Source: a virus
Taxonomy: Duplodnaviria > Caudoviricetes
Virus record (IMG/VR): IMGVR_UViG_3300012147_000038
Location: 1-36,610 of that record
Strand: one strand, 5' to 3'
Length of the DNA: 36,610 nt
The notes under the pieces were generated by a model. That model saw only the letters and a list, made by a program, of their open reading frames with translations. It was not told where the DNA came from and did no database searches. Positions 19,971 through 29,168 of the stretch are shown in pieces. The stretch's first letter is position 1, and each line of letters opens with the position of its first letter. The translations under genes and the position numbers were made by a program.

Positions 19971-22522
19971 TACATTAATTCTTTAATAATAAGTTCTAAC
20001 TTGGATTCTAACATCTCAATCCTTTTATCCTGTTCTGCACATTTTGCTACCAGTAAATCTATATAGGCAACGGACTTCATCCCATCATCATCTGTCCTTA
20101 CGAACTCTGGGTTAGTTTCTTCTAATTCCTGTGCTATTACACCATACCTAATCTGTTTATCCTCACCCATGGTAAATGACTTCCATGCAGTAGGTATATG
20201 GGGTATATCCAAATCTTGAATATTCTCCTTTAACCTTTCATCGGATGATAGGATAAAGTTAGTGGCAGTAGCTGTTCCAGTAATGGTAATACCTGCATTA
20301 GTAGTGGTGAGTCTTACATTACCGTTATGATGAAATTCTGTGCCTCCGTTTTCATAATGTAGCCAGACCCACTTGGTGTTGGTATCATCAAAGACCCCTA
20401 CATTATTATCATCACCCATGAACGACCAGTACTGGTTGGAAGGATTGTCCCTTATCTGGAAACCTGCATAAGGTTCTGCTGTCAACGGCCTTGTTTGTAA
20501 CAGACCGGGCCTGTCACTACTGTCATATAACCTTAGAGTATTAATCTCTAATTCTACAGCTTTCAATCTACCGGCATAATCCCTTCTGGCTACGGTATTG
20601 GCAGTTGGTGTTGTTGTTATTGGTTGGTTACCGGAGTGCCATACAGTTCTGGTAGTACTTCCGTCGTAATATTCCAGTCCATTTTCTTCCCCACCATCCT
20701 TTATTCTTAGGAAAGCATTTCCGTCATAGTTGAATATGACTACATCGTTGTTGCTAGTAGATGCCGTCCCTATGTACCAAAGAGGTGTATTTGCACTATC
20801 TCTAGCTACCCAGTAGTTTTGTGTCGTATTATTTGACATTAAACCTGTACCTATTGAATCGAAAGGAATCGAACCTTCCCCTGTTATCCTACCTTCTGCG
20901 GTTATAGTACCAGTAACGGTAAGATTTCCCGTCATAGTATCACTTACATCTTTTCTTAAAAACTGACTTGCCTGTAAACCATCTACGGTATCTGCATCTA
21001 AACCACTACCTGCTCCATCGTTACCGTCTGTCCATATTTTTCTCCAATTCCAAGCCCCAGATTCTGAATTTCCTAGAGAATAATCATTATTACCACCAAA
21101 ATGTTTATAGATTGCCATATTACGACCATCACTACCACCGTTAATAAATAATGTTTGTCCAAAACCAGACGCGTAGTTTGTTGATGAAGTTGAATTGGAG
21201 GTAACCAATAATCCTCTAGCAGGTACATTATAATCAGAAAATACTGTGTTTGCATTGCTTTGATTACCTCCCGTTTGTACCCAATCTGATTGAAGGGATT
21301 TTACCCCTAAGTTGCCTGTGATTGAACCACCAGATGTGGAAAGCTTACCATTAAGTGCGGATTGAAGCCCTGTGATATTAGCTATTACATGCGTATGTGA
21401 GGAATTAGCTTTCCCATCAAGTGCAGACTGTAAATCTGTTTGGTCAGCTAAAGTACCTCCTAAATCTCCCCAATCTGTACTGGTCGAAACAACTTGCCAT
21501 GAGCCGTCACCTCTTAAAAATGTCGAAGAACTGGCAGTACCTGTTGTGTTTATATCCGCTATGTCAACAGATAATAGGTATGCTTGTAAGTCCGTAATGT
21601 CTGCCTCTACATGAGTGTGTCCTAGCAATGAATAAAAATCATCGTAGTCCTCCTCTAAGGCAAGTATAGCTGCCGTTCTTCCGAACACAGATGACACCCC
21701 TCCTAATATCGTACCCCAAGTACCGTCACCACGCAACCAAGTGGATGCGCTAGCTGTACCGGTAGTATTGATATCCGATATGTCGACAGACGTTAAGTAT
21801 GTTTGTAAGTCCGTAATGTCTGCCTCTACGTGAGTGTGTGTCAAAGGCGTTCTGGCATCTGACAATCTTGCATCGTTTGTATCTATTAAAGTATTACCGG
21901 TAAGTATAGCGTTAAGTTTAGCTAACGTATCTATGTCCGCAGATAATAGATAATCTTGTAAGTCGGTAATGTCTGCCTCTACGTGAGTGTGTGACGTAGG
22001 TGCATCTCCTACAAACATAAAGTTACCGCCTGTTAATGAGGTATTGAATTGTGCCTTTGTTCCGGTAATACCCACAATAGACGATTGGTCTCCTGTGTTA
22101 GTACCTGAAACGTTATCTAAATCTATGTCGTATGCCTGTACTGTCGTACCTATGTCAGAAGGTAGTAAATAAGCCTGTAGGTCGGTTATGTCCGCTTCTA
22201 AGTGTGTATGTCCCAATAATGAGTAGAAAGAGTCGTAGTCGGCCTCCTGTCCCGTTACAGCACCGGTTCTGCCAAATACAGAGAACACGCTACCTACGCC
22301 AGATGGAGGAACCGTTACCCAAGTATTATCTTGTCGTAAATATGGTTGTCCGTCTGACGGTGCATCTGTGAAATAGCCGTAGCTTGGCAATAAACCAAAT
22401 ACGGTATCTATTCTATACGACTTTGTAATTCTACCGTCTCCTTGGTCAGACCCTACTAAAAATGAAGATGCTTCTGGTACGGTGTCAAATATATAGACAT
22501 TTGTGTTCTTAATTCTTGCCAT
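19970..22522 (-). CDS. Tail fibre protein 1 with C-terminal intramolecular chaperone (peptidase S74)
   Basis: HTHVEADITDLQ repeats, VxSVFGRT repeats, SSDERLKENI cleavage motif, GVIAQELE and SVAYIDL. Confidence 0.88.
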   Translation of the reverse strand: MARIKNTNVYIFDTVPEASSFLVGSDQGDGRITKSYRIDTVFGLLPSYGYFTDAPSDGQPYLRQDNTWVTVPPSGVGSVFSVFGRTGAVTGQEADYDSFYSLLGHTHLEADITDLQAYLLPSDIGTTVQAYDIDLDNVSGTNTGDQSSIVGITGTKAQFNTSLTGGNFMFVGDAPTSHTHVEADITDLQDYLLSADIDTLAKLNAILTGNTLIDTNDARLSDARTPLTHTHVEADITDLQTYLTSVDISDINTTGTASASTWLRGDGTWGTILGGVSSVFGRTAAILALEEDYDDFYSLLGHTHVEADITDLQAYLLSVDIADINTTGTASSSTFLRGDGSWQVVSTSTDWGDLGGTLADQTDLQSALDGKANSSHTHVIANITGLQSALNGKLSTSGGSITGNLGVKSLQSDWVQTGGNQSNANTVFSDYNVPARGLLVTSNSTSSTNYASGFGQTLFINGGSDGRNMAIYKHFGGNNDYSLGNSESGAWNWRKIWTDGNDGAGSGLDADTVDGLQASQFLRKDVSDTMTGNLTVTGTITAEGRITGEGSIPFDSIGTGLMSNNTTQNYWVARDSANTPLWYIGTASTSNNDVVIFNYDGNAFLRIKDGGEENGLEYYDGSTTRTVWHSGNQPITTTPTANTVARRDYAGRLKAVELEINTLRLYDSSDRPGLLQTRPLTAEPYAGFQIRDNPSNQYWSFMGDDNNVGVFDDTNTKWVWLHYENGGTEFHHNGNVRLTTTNAGITITGTATATNFILSSDERLKENIQDLDIPHIPTAWKSFTMGEDKQIRYGVIAQELEETNPEFVRTDDDGMKSVAYIDLLVAKCAEQDKRIEMLESKLELIIKELM

Positions 22523-23145
22523 TATCTTCTAAGTCTTATTTTCCAAGATTTTCCAATCCACACTCTACCCTCTGTGTCATAAGATGCCGAAAATGTGTTC
22601 CCTTTCTTGTTTGTGAAAATTAAATTTGCTTTTAATACGGGTGTTGCGTTTAACGATGGTACCGTCGGTACGCCTAGTTCGGAGCCTACGGATAGACTCG
22701 ACTTTTTTTTTATTTCGATACTATCTCTTACTGTTATGTAGTAGGGATTAGTTGTATATTTTACATTTTGTTCTAACAGCTTTCCCCTAGTTTTACTGTA
22801 TACGTTTATAGTTTGTAGGGTATCTACAAAAACTTGGTTGTATTCGTTTATAGTTATAGACTCTTTGAACAGACTGTCCTTAGACATCTGGTCTTTTAAG
22901 CTGTTGTATTTTTCGTAGTAGGTAGAGTCTATCTCTTTGACCTTTATGTATACCGGCTTAGGCTCGTAAACGGTGTCGAATACCTTTTCCACGCTAGGTA
23001 CAAGTATTTCTTTTTCTACAATAATATATTCTGACTCTAGTTGCTTGTCATTACATTGGTTAATGAAAAGAATTAGCCCTATAGCCAATATAACCCAAGG
23101 AAGGTATTTTAAGTATTTTTTCATATTGTCATTTTTAGAGTCCAC
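22522..23145 (-). CDS. Membrane-anchored lysis-cassette protein (possible spanin)
   Basis: N-terminal TM helix followed by a periplasmic-type domain; adjacent to endolysin. Confidence 0.45.
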   Translation of the reverse strand: MDSKNDNMKKYLKYLPWVILAIGLILFINQCNDKQLESEYIIVEKEILVPSVEKVFDTVYEPKPVYIKVKEIDSTYYEKYNSLKDQMSKDSLFKESITINEYNQVFVDTLQTINVYSKTRGKLLEQNVKYTTNPYYITVRDSIEIKKKSSLSVGSELGVPTVPSLNATPVLKANLIFTNKKGNTFSASYDTEGRVWIGKSWKIRLRR

Positions 23146-23549
23146 CTAGACGAAGGTGTAGAGGTATAGATCTCTCTTCTACCTCCCTTGGTTTTCTTAT
23201 AGTCACAATGTATAAAAGTATTGTAAACTGCGAACCTTGTGTATTCTGTATGTTGTACCAAAAGCTCTAAAAGTTCTTTTTTATTGCCCCTGAAATTCTT
23301 ACAAGTCCAATCTATAGCTCCTTTGCCTTCAAATACGTGTTGAGATTTACCGTTTCTGCCACGAGATATTTCCCATTTGTATGGCCTGTATCCAGATTTA
23401 TAGGATGCGGTCATAGGCACGCCTAGTTTCCCTCGTACGACGCTAACAGGTATTATGTGATAGGTCAAAAGTTTTTGTGCCACGTCTATGGGTATCGGGC
23501 CACCGTCTATAACTAACTCTTTAAACTTAAAATATAGATTCATAATCAT
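23121..23549 (-). CDS. Endolysin, peptidase M15 family
   Basis: SGYR...SQH...AID...FIHCD zinc-binding motifs. Confidence 0.85.
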   Translation of the reverse strand: MIMNLYFKFKELVIDGGPIPIDVAQKLLTYHIIPVSVVRGKLGVPMTASYKSGYRPYKWEISRGRNGKSQHVFEGKGAIDWTCKNFRGNKKELLELLVQHTEYTRFAVYNTFIHCDYKKTKGGRREIYTSTPSSRWTLKMTI

Positions 23550-23674
23550 TCTTTTATTAATTACAAATATACGAAAAAGTGTCGAGGTCTAATTACACCT
23601 ATGGCCTTAAACAAATAAACCCGACACTGCGGTTACAGTAACGGGTTTTTAATTATAAATTTTAAATTTGTATA

Positions 23675-24226
23675 TTAGTCTTCAAATACGTCTCCTAAAT
23701 CATGCTTATCTTTTTCTTGGTGCTTACTGACTTTCATGCCATCTAAGTCTTTGCGTATTCCGGTAACTTCTGTTGTGACCTCTTTGGCCCTCCTAAGAAG
23801 TTTCTTAAACTCTTTCCATAAGTCTATACCTCTGGCTATCTTATAATTTTCATTTATCGATTGACACTCTATAAATATCAATAGTAGTGAGACTGCTTTT
23901 ACCATTAGGCCCGGTATTCCGAATAAGGATTCTAAAATATCTCCTAGTATGTAATAATCTAATAGATAGGTTGTAAGTACAGTAAGCTGATACAGAACCA
24001 TTTTAGATATTACACCAGACATTGCCCTAGATGTAATGGGTATTTTATTTACCTTAGACTTCCATATACCTGAAATAGTGTCGAGTATAATAAAAGCTCC
24101 TACTGTAATTAAAATCCCTTTAACTGGTGCAAAGAATATTGCTATGGGCAGTACTACGTTCCAAATACTCGTGGATATCTTAACAATATGGTATTTGGCG
24201 TCGTCTAGCATTGTATAGGTTGTCAT
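23675..24226 (-). CDS. Holin (Phage_holin_4-like)
   Basis: Three hydrophobic segments; LDTISGIWKS...ITSR...IECQSINEN pattern. Confidence 0.8.
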   Translation of the reverse strand: MTTYTMLDDAKYHIVKISTSIWNVVLPIAIFFAPVKGILITVGAFIILDTISGIWKSKVNKIPITSRAMSGVISKMVLYQLTVLTTYLLDYYILGDILESLFGIPGLMVKAVSLLLIFIECQSINENYKIARGIDLWKEFKKLLRRAKEVTTEVTGIRKDLDGMKVSKHQEKDKHDLGDVFED

Positions 24227-24228
24227 TT

Positions 24229-24507
24229 TTATTTTTTCTTCCTTCCTCCTTCGCCTTTTCTTCCTCTGTTTGTTTTAGAGGATACGAAGCTATTTGTTGC
24301 GTGGTCGTAGTCCTTGTCAGCTACATCCTGACCTTTTTTCTTTGCAGCATATCTTTTAGAACCTGATTCAGACCTTTTTTTCTTTTGTTCTGGTCTGGAA
24401 TTGACTTTCTTATCCGTTGCTGCTTTTTTCCTTCTTGCTGCCGGATTATCCCTGTAATACTTAGCGGAAGCGCTTAAACTTCCTTTTGGTTTTTTCTTTG
24501 GTGCCAT
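24229..24507 (-). CDS. Small very basic protein (degenerate HNH-like tail)
   Basis: Start moved to ATG 24507 because MYICT is the translated promoter TATATTTG; K/R-rich with DYDH...NRGR. Confidence 0.65.
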   Translation of the reverse strand: MAPKKKPKGSLSASAKYYRDNPAARRKKAATDKKVNSRPEQKKKRSESGSKRYAAKKKGQDVADKDYDHATNSFVSSKTNRGRKGEGGRKKK

Positions 24508-24524
24508 AGTACAAATATACAATA

Positions 24525-24553
24525 AAAAGGGGGAGTCGTAGTTGACCCCCCTC
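24525..24553 (-). terminator. Intrinsic terminator
   Basis: Minus strand GGGGGGTCAACTACGACTCCCCCTTTT; also T-rich on the plus side, so possibly bidirectional. Confidence 0.75.
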
Positions 24554-24575
24554 TTTGTTTTTTATAGACTCAATA

Positions 24576-25073
24576 CTAAACTGTTACGAAACTTTTGACT
24601 ATTGTAATAAACAATATGTCCTTGGCTTTTTGTTGAAAAGGAAGCTCTCTGTAAGTCACCATACATGGGTGGGTCTTTTTTATAGGGTCTTTTTCTTTCC
24701 CGTAACTCCAACCGTCTTCGCATTTTTGTGCCACCCAAGAGTCGTGCATATCTTGTGGCCTTGCGTTAGGATTCTCATGGAAATACTTTACTCCTTGCAT
24801 GGCACTGTCATGTACCCACTTAGGCGCTTCATCCCAAGGTACTTGGGAGAAGTCACCGTGTCCCTCGCAAAAAGCTCGGTTCACTTCGTGACAAGTACGG
24901 GCTATTCTTTCTGCAATAGATAGCTCTGTAGAGGGCTGAAACTTTCCCTCACCTTCTGTCAAGATTATTCCATCCGGCCCTTCTTTACCCGGCTCTAGGT
25001 TCATACTTAGTTGAAGGTTTACTCCCTCTGTTACTCCCTCTGTTACTTTTTTTGTTGCCCTTTTCTTACTCAT
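24576..25073 (-). CDS. RyR-domain protein
   Basis: HDSWVAQKCEDGWSYGKEKDPIKKTHPCMVTYRELPFQQKAKD matches the RyR repeat consensus. Confidence 0.85.
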   Translation of the reverse strand: MSKKRATKKVTEGVTEGVNLQLSMNLEPGKEGPDGIILTEGEGKFQPSTELSIAERIARTCHEVNRAFCEGHGDFSQVPWDEAPKWVHDSAMQGVKYFHENPNARPQDMHDSWVAQKCEDGWSYGKEKDPIKKTHPCMVTYRELPFQQKAKDILFITIVKSFVTV

Positions 25074-25084
25074 TTTAAATGGCT

Positions 25085-25639
25085 TTAATTATTATTCTTT
25101 ACTTTTTCATTGAAGACTTTGAACAGGTCTACTAACTGTTGGTCTTTTTTATCCCTACTCCTCACTATTACATTTCTCCTAGCGCTCATTGGAACCTCTT
25201 CCTCTAGCATGCACATCTTGTGCATTTTCTTCATAAGCTCGTTGGCTTTGTGACTTAGTACGTAGTAAATCTTTGAGCCACTTTTGCTCCACATTGCTAT
25301 CCAACCCTCTTTTTTCATTTTCTTGAATATGGTATAATCGTTTATACCTAACTCCTTCATAAACTTTGAGAATTGTCCGGATGTGAATATGTGTATAGGA
25401 TATAAATAGAAAAGTATGTCAAGTTGTCTTGCGGTCAAACTGTGGTTTCTTCTGGCCCATGTTCTTATCATGTGAGAGTATTGTAAAAAATTATACTCCA
25501 TGTTCGAAGTCCTAACTTTCTGCTTATACTCTTTCTGCTTTTTTAATGGCATTCTTTTAAATAGTATATTTTTTTCTAGCTTTTCATGTATGAAGCCTTC
25601 GTACCTTCTCCTCTTATTAAATCTCTCTTCTAGCTCCAT
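25085..25639 (-). CDS. Putative winged-helix (MarR-like) DNA-binding protein
   Basis: LTARQLDILFYL...FKKMKKEGWI...YVLSHKA pattern; basic. Confidence 0.55.
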   Translation of the reverse strand: MELEERFNKRRRYEGFIHEKLEKNILFKRMPLKKQKEYKQKVRTSNMEYNFLQYSHMIRTWARRNHSLTARQLDILFYLYPIHIFTSGQFSKFMKELGINDYTIFKKMKKEGWIAMWSKSGSKIYYVLSHKANELMKKMHKMCMLEEEVPMSARRNVIVRSRDKKDQQLVDLFKVFNEKVKNNN

Positions 25640-25676
25640 TTAGATAAATGTAGTGAAAATATTTGTAAACACCAAA

Positions 25677-25706
25677 TAAAAAAGCCTCCTTTTTAGGGGA
25701 GGCCTT
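25677..25706 (-). terminator. Intrinsic terminator
   Basis: Minus strand GGCCTCCCCTAAAAAGGAGGCTTTTTTT. Confidence 0.75.
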
Positions 25707-25727
25707 ATTTAGTGGTTGGTTATTATA

Positions 25728-26270
25728 TTAGTTTGAGTTTTCGGTAGTCGCTACGGTATAAAGTGCTGCAAGTTTAGTTACAGTCCACTCATAAGTTTTA
25801 AAAGGCGTGTTACCTCTTATGGCCAATGCTGTATAGGTTGCGTCGCCGGTTGCTCCGGATCCTGTTGATGCAACTCTATCCTCTATACCTTCTATAAAGT
25901 TTAATAGGGCCAAGAAAGACCTTACGGTACAATCGTTGACTGTACTAGCTTTTAAGATATCTATAGGACGTCTTGTAGATAAGGCTGCTCTACCTATTGA
26001 GCCAAGCTCTACACTAGATGTTTCTGACACGAAATCGCAAGTGAACGTAGTTTCGTTAGTAATTACAATGTCCCATACAGAACTATCGTAAGGGTTGTTA
26101 CCTCTTGCAACTACTCCGTCGTATGTGCCGTTTGCTACTCCGTCGGCTTGCATTTCAGCGATTACGTTTGCCAATCCTCTAAATGCTTCTACAGAAGCTA
26201 CTGCATTGCCCGTAGGCAATACTAAATCAATTTGTGGCAAATATGCCAATGCTGCTACTCCTTTTCCCAT
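25728..26270 (-). CDS. Hypothetical protein with internal duplication
   Basis: Has its own promoter (TATCTTTG) and terminator; RGNNPY..W and RGNTPF..W halves. Confidence 0.65.
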   Translation of the reverse strand: MGKGVAALAYLPQIDLVLPTGNAVASVEAFRGLANVIAEMQADGVANGTYDGVVARGNNPYDSSVWDIVITNETTFTCDFVSETSSVELGSIGRAALSTRRPIDILKASTVNDCTVRSFLALLNFIEGIEDRVASTGSGATGDATYTALAIRGNTPFKTYEWTVTKLAALYTVATTENSN

Positions 26271-26322
26271 GATATGTTTTTGTTTTAATGGTTATATGTC
26301 AAAGATAAGAAATGTATTTTAA

Positions 26323-26496
26323 TCAGTTTTGACCCCTTAGTATAGTCTTGACTATCCTACTTGTATCTATACAATGTTTAATGTAATCCTGTACTTCGCT
26401 TGCAGCCTCGAAATTGAATACGGAAAGTAGTTCTCTTTTTATATCGGACAACTGCTTGGGGCTTTTGTTTATAAGGTTTGATATATTTACTTTCAT
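26323..26496 (-). CDS. Small hypothetical protein (57 aa)
   Basis: Hand-translated MKVNISNLINKSPKQLSDIK...; tightly packed in the operon. Confidence 0.55.
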   Translation of the reverse strand: MKVNISNLINKSPKQLSDIKRELLSVFNFEAASEVQDYIKHCIDTSRIVKTILRGQN

Positions 26497-26497
26497 A

Positions 26498-26638
26498 TTA
26501 TTTAGTTTCTTTTATTAATATACTTCTTTTACCCGTGGTGTAGTCTATAATCTCGATAACTTCTGTACCCTCTATAATACCGTACTTATTCCACCACTTC
26601 TCTGCCTCTATAAAATCTTGATGTTCTATTCTATTCAT
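26498..26638 (-). CDS. Small hypothetical protein (46 aa)
   Basis: Hand-translated MNRIEHQDFIEAEKWWNKYG...; overlaps the recombinase stop. Confidence 0.55.
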   Translation of the reverse strand: MNRIEHQDFIEAEKWWNKYGIIEGTEVIEIIDYTTGKRSILIKETK

Positions 26639-27344
26639 TTTCGTATAATTTAATTAAGTTAGATACTTGTATAGGGTAAAACTTATTTCCCCTTGAGGTT
26701 TTAAAGCCTCCTTTGTTAAGTGCGTTTGCAATAGCGTTCAAAGAGTGGTCTGGTCGCATCCTAGAAGCCATGGCGTAAGCTCTAACATTGTTTTGGTCAG
26801 CAATGGCCTTAGCTCTTCTTGTTCTCTTAGAACGCTCTCTGGACTCGTCTGAAAGGTTTTGAGGGCTTCCTAATGAAGTAATCCTTTTACCTTCTTTAGT
26901 AATGTGAAAACCATTAACGTCTATATTGTCCTTAATTCTACCTAAAGCATCCTTAACACGTTGCTTAGTTTTATCCTTTTCCTCTTTGGCCACTAAGAAC
27001 TTAATATGCTTAGAGAAAGTCGTATCGTGCGGAGAGTCTGCCTCTATAAAAGGGATACCCTCTTCGTCAAGTCTGGCCATGGTCATAAAACCTGCACGGG
27101 ACAATCTGTCTATGCGGTGTACTATCAGGGTCGCACCGTTGATATTACAAAGGTCTAATGCCCTATCGAAACCATCTCTGACGACGGCACCTCCGCTTAC
27201 TATTTCTTCCTCTATCGCTATTACCGTTCCTCCGTACACACTGATGAACTTTCTTACAGCCTCCTTTTGCACCTCTAAACCGATACCATCCCTTTGACTT
27301 TCGGTTGACGCCCTGTAATACGCTACGTATTTTGTATTCTCCAT
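26631..27344 (-). CDS. Serine recombinase (resolvase/invertase catalytic domain plus short recombinase-type DNA-binding domain)
   Basis: YVAYYRASTESQ catalytic Ser, VSG, HRIDRLSR, C-terminal SLNAIANALNKGGFKTSRG. Confidence 0.92.
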   Translation of the reverse strand: MENTKYVAYYRASTESQRDGIGLEVQKEAVRKFISVYGGTVIAIEEEIVSGGAVVRDGFDRALDLCNINGATLIVHRIDRLSRAGFMTMARLDEEGIPFIEADSPHDTTFSKHIKFLVAKEEKDKTKQRVKDALGRIKDNIDVNGFHITKEGKRITSLGSPQNLSDESRERSKRTRRAKAIADQNNVRAYAMASRMRPDHSLNAIANALNKGGFKTSRGNKFYPIQVSNLIKLYENE

Positions 27345-27368
27345 TTTGATTTGATTTTATTTATTAAT

Positions 27369-27527
27369 TTACTGCCACACTACTTCCGTTCCGTCACCGT
27401 AGTCGATAACTACGTAGTCGGTTTTAGGGGTTATGGCCACGCTGCCGGCCTCCATCGCCTTTAGCTCGTGGGATATTCCCATGTCTAAAAACATATCGAT
27501 CGTTTGGGACATTACTATTACTTTCAT
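27369..27527 (-). CDS. Small hypothetical protein (52 aa)
   Basis: Hand-translated MKVIVMSQTIDMFLDMG...DYGDGTEVVWQ; TATATTTG promoter near 27567-27574. Confidence 0.6.
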   Translation of the reverse strand: MKVIVMSQTIDMFLDMGISHELKAMEAGSVAITPKTDYVVIDYGDGTEVVWQ

Positions 27528-28145
27528 TTTTCTCGTATTATTTTGATTTAACTATTTCGTTCAATACAAATATAGAATAAATAATTGGGTTTAACAAACT
27601 TTATAGCAATTATTTTTAATTTATTTTTAATATGGGTAAAATCTATGGTAAATCTTCTGCCGTATAGGCCGTATCTATTGGCCTCGGGGTCTACTATAGA
27701 TAAAATCTATTATAAAAGAGTTTACTATAGATAAATTCTATGGTAAAAAGTTTTTTGGTTGGGTTATTTTTTGTATATTTACACATGTACTTATTTATAC
27801 GTCTCGAAAACACGGTTCGATAGGTACTTTTTAAAACTCTCGATGAACGGGTAGCAACGATAGAGAGCATGGGTCTAACCTAAGTAAACAGACTCGGTTG
27901 TACTAGAAAGTTTCTAGTGAAGGTTTACAAGTGTAAGGGAAACTGATATTTAAAGATGGCCTAACGTAATCTTTTGATAGCCCCCAAACTGCCAGAAAGA
28001 AATTTTTGGGTAGGGTTCTGTTAGGGAACCTCTGCCAGATTTGCATTTTATATCGCTATCGCTCATTATAAAAAGCAAACCAATACCTTTAATTAGTTTA
28101 TCTTTAATGTAAGTACTGTAATAGGTAAGAGATTAAGTAACTAAA

Positions 28146-28215
28146 TAATAACCTAAGTAAGTAATAACCTAAGTAAGTAATAACCTAAGTAAGTAATAAC
28201 CTAAGTAAGTAATAC
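28146..28215. repeat. 16-bp tandem repeat x4
   Basis: TAATAACCTAAGTAAG at 28146, 28162, 28178 and 28194, then a partial copy. Confidence 0.95.
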
Positions 28216-28255
28216 CTTAACTTAGAATATAACTTAGGAGAACCTCCCCCCCAGA

Positions 28256-28750
28256 CTAGAGAGAAGGAGTACCACTAAAATAAATGTCGGTCACTAAGTA
28301 CTCGACTTCCGTATCAAGGAGCAAGTACAATAAATAATCACTACTATAGAACATTATAGAGCAAGGGTCATTACTATGGCCGTAACCTTGCGAATGTGCA
28401 ACCTCATGCGCCATTATCACTAAAATAACATCTTCGTACTTACCTAGCATAAATGCAGGCCCCTGATTCATGTTTATATACATGCTGTAGTCGAGTCTGT
28501 TGTAGAGTCCTTCGTAGTTGGGGCCAGATATTTTAGGTGTGGTCGGCAAAGAGTCCATAACCTGTATGGTAGATATTTTACTGTAGTCTATATCTATGTC
28601 GTTTGCGCTATAAATAGAATCGAGCTTGTCGAAGTATTTTTGTAGTTGAGGTTCGACTTTGGGTGTTCTTTTCTTGAAGATGTTTATACTCATAGTTCCA
28701 TAAGTGAACATAAGCATTGCCGTAAGTAAATATAAAGTTCTTTTTATCAT
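28256..28750 (-). CDS. Secreted or membrane metzincin (matrixin-like) metalloprotease
   Basis: N-terminal signal/TM segment, HEVAHSQGYGH zinc motif and Met-turn SIMF. Confidence 0.8.
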   Translation of the reverse strand: MIKRTLYLLTAMLMFTYGTMSINIFKKRTPKVEPQLQKYFDKLDSIYSANDIDIDYSKISTIQVMDSLPTTPKISGPNYEGLYNRLDYSMYINMNQGPAFMLGKYEDVILVIMAHEVAHSQGYGHSNDPCSIMFYSSDYLLYLLLDTEVEYLVTDIYFSGTPSL

Positions 28751-28916
28751 ACTTACAATATAACTATTTTTTTAGTATCTTTCGACTATGAGAAAAAAAC
28801 CAACAAAAAAAACAGATAGTACTAAGAAATCTAACAACAAGGTTGCCAGATTGTACAAAAGAAAGAATGCTAGGGTTAAAAAAGCTTTGTCCTTTTCAAC
28901 CCCTAACAATACTAAG

Positions 28917-28988
28917 AACGCCTAAAAGGATTCGAACCTTTATTTGAACCTTCGTAGGGAACTGTTCTTCCATTTGAACTATAAGCGT
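28917..28988 (-). tRNA. tRNA-Arg(ACG)
   Basis: Cloverleaf, loop CTACGAA, GGTTCGAATCC; weak anticodon stem with two T-T pairs. Confidence 0.8.
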
Positions 28989-29000
28989 ATTGGGTAAGAG

Positions 29001-29083
29001 TACTCCGAGTGGGATTCGAACCCACAATCCTTACGGCAATAGGGCTTAAACCTATCGTGTATAGCCATTTCCACCACCGGAGC
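29001..29083 (-). tRNA. tRNA-Leu(TAA)
   Basis: ATAGG-TTTAAGC-CCTAT, long variable arm, A73. Confidence 0.92.
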
Positions 29084-29088
29084 AGTTG

Positions 29089-29162
29089 TACGAGAGGTGG
29101 GAGTCGAACCCACAAATTTCAGGGTCTAAACCTGTTGCCTATGCCGATTCGGCTACTCTCGC
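29089..29162 (-). tRNA. tRNA-Leu(TAG), short variable arm
   Basis: CAGG-TTTAGAC-CCTG, canonical T arm, A73. Confidence 0.85.
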
Positions 29163-29168
29163 ATTAAG

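Noticed and set aside
442-27297. Many short plus-strand ORFs (e.g. 11342..11767, 18356..18913)
   Set aside because: Antisense shadows of long minus-strand phage genes with low-complexity or implausible composition
17935-27344. Invertase-driven tail-fibre shufflon or DGR
   Set aside because: Fibre duplicates are in direct orientation with no inverted cassette; no reverse transcriptase in the window; differences are not adenine-specific
28146-28215. Possible CRISPR array
   Set aside because: Repeats are contiguous with no spacers, and no cas genes are seen
28912-29115. 67-aa ORF in the track
   Set aside because: Lies entirely over tRNA-Leu/Leu/Arg; GSNP peptides are translated T-loops
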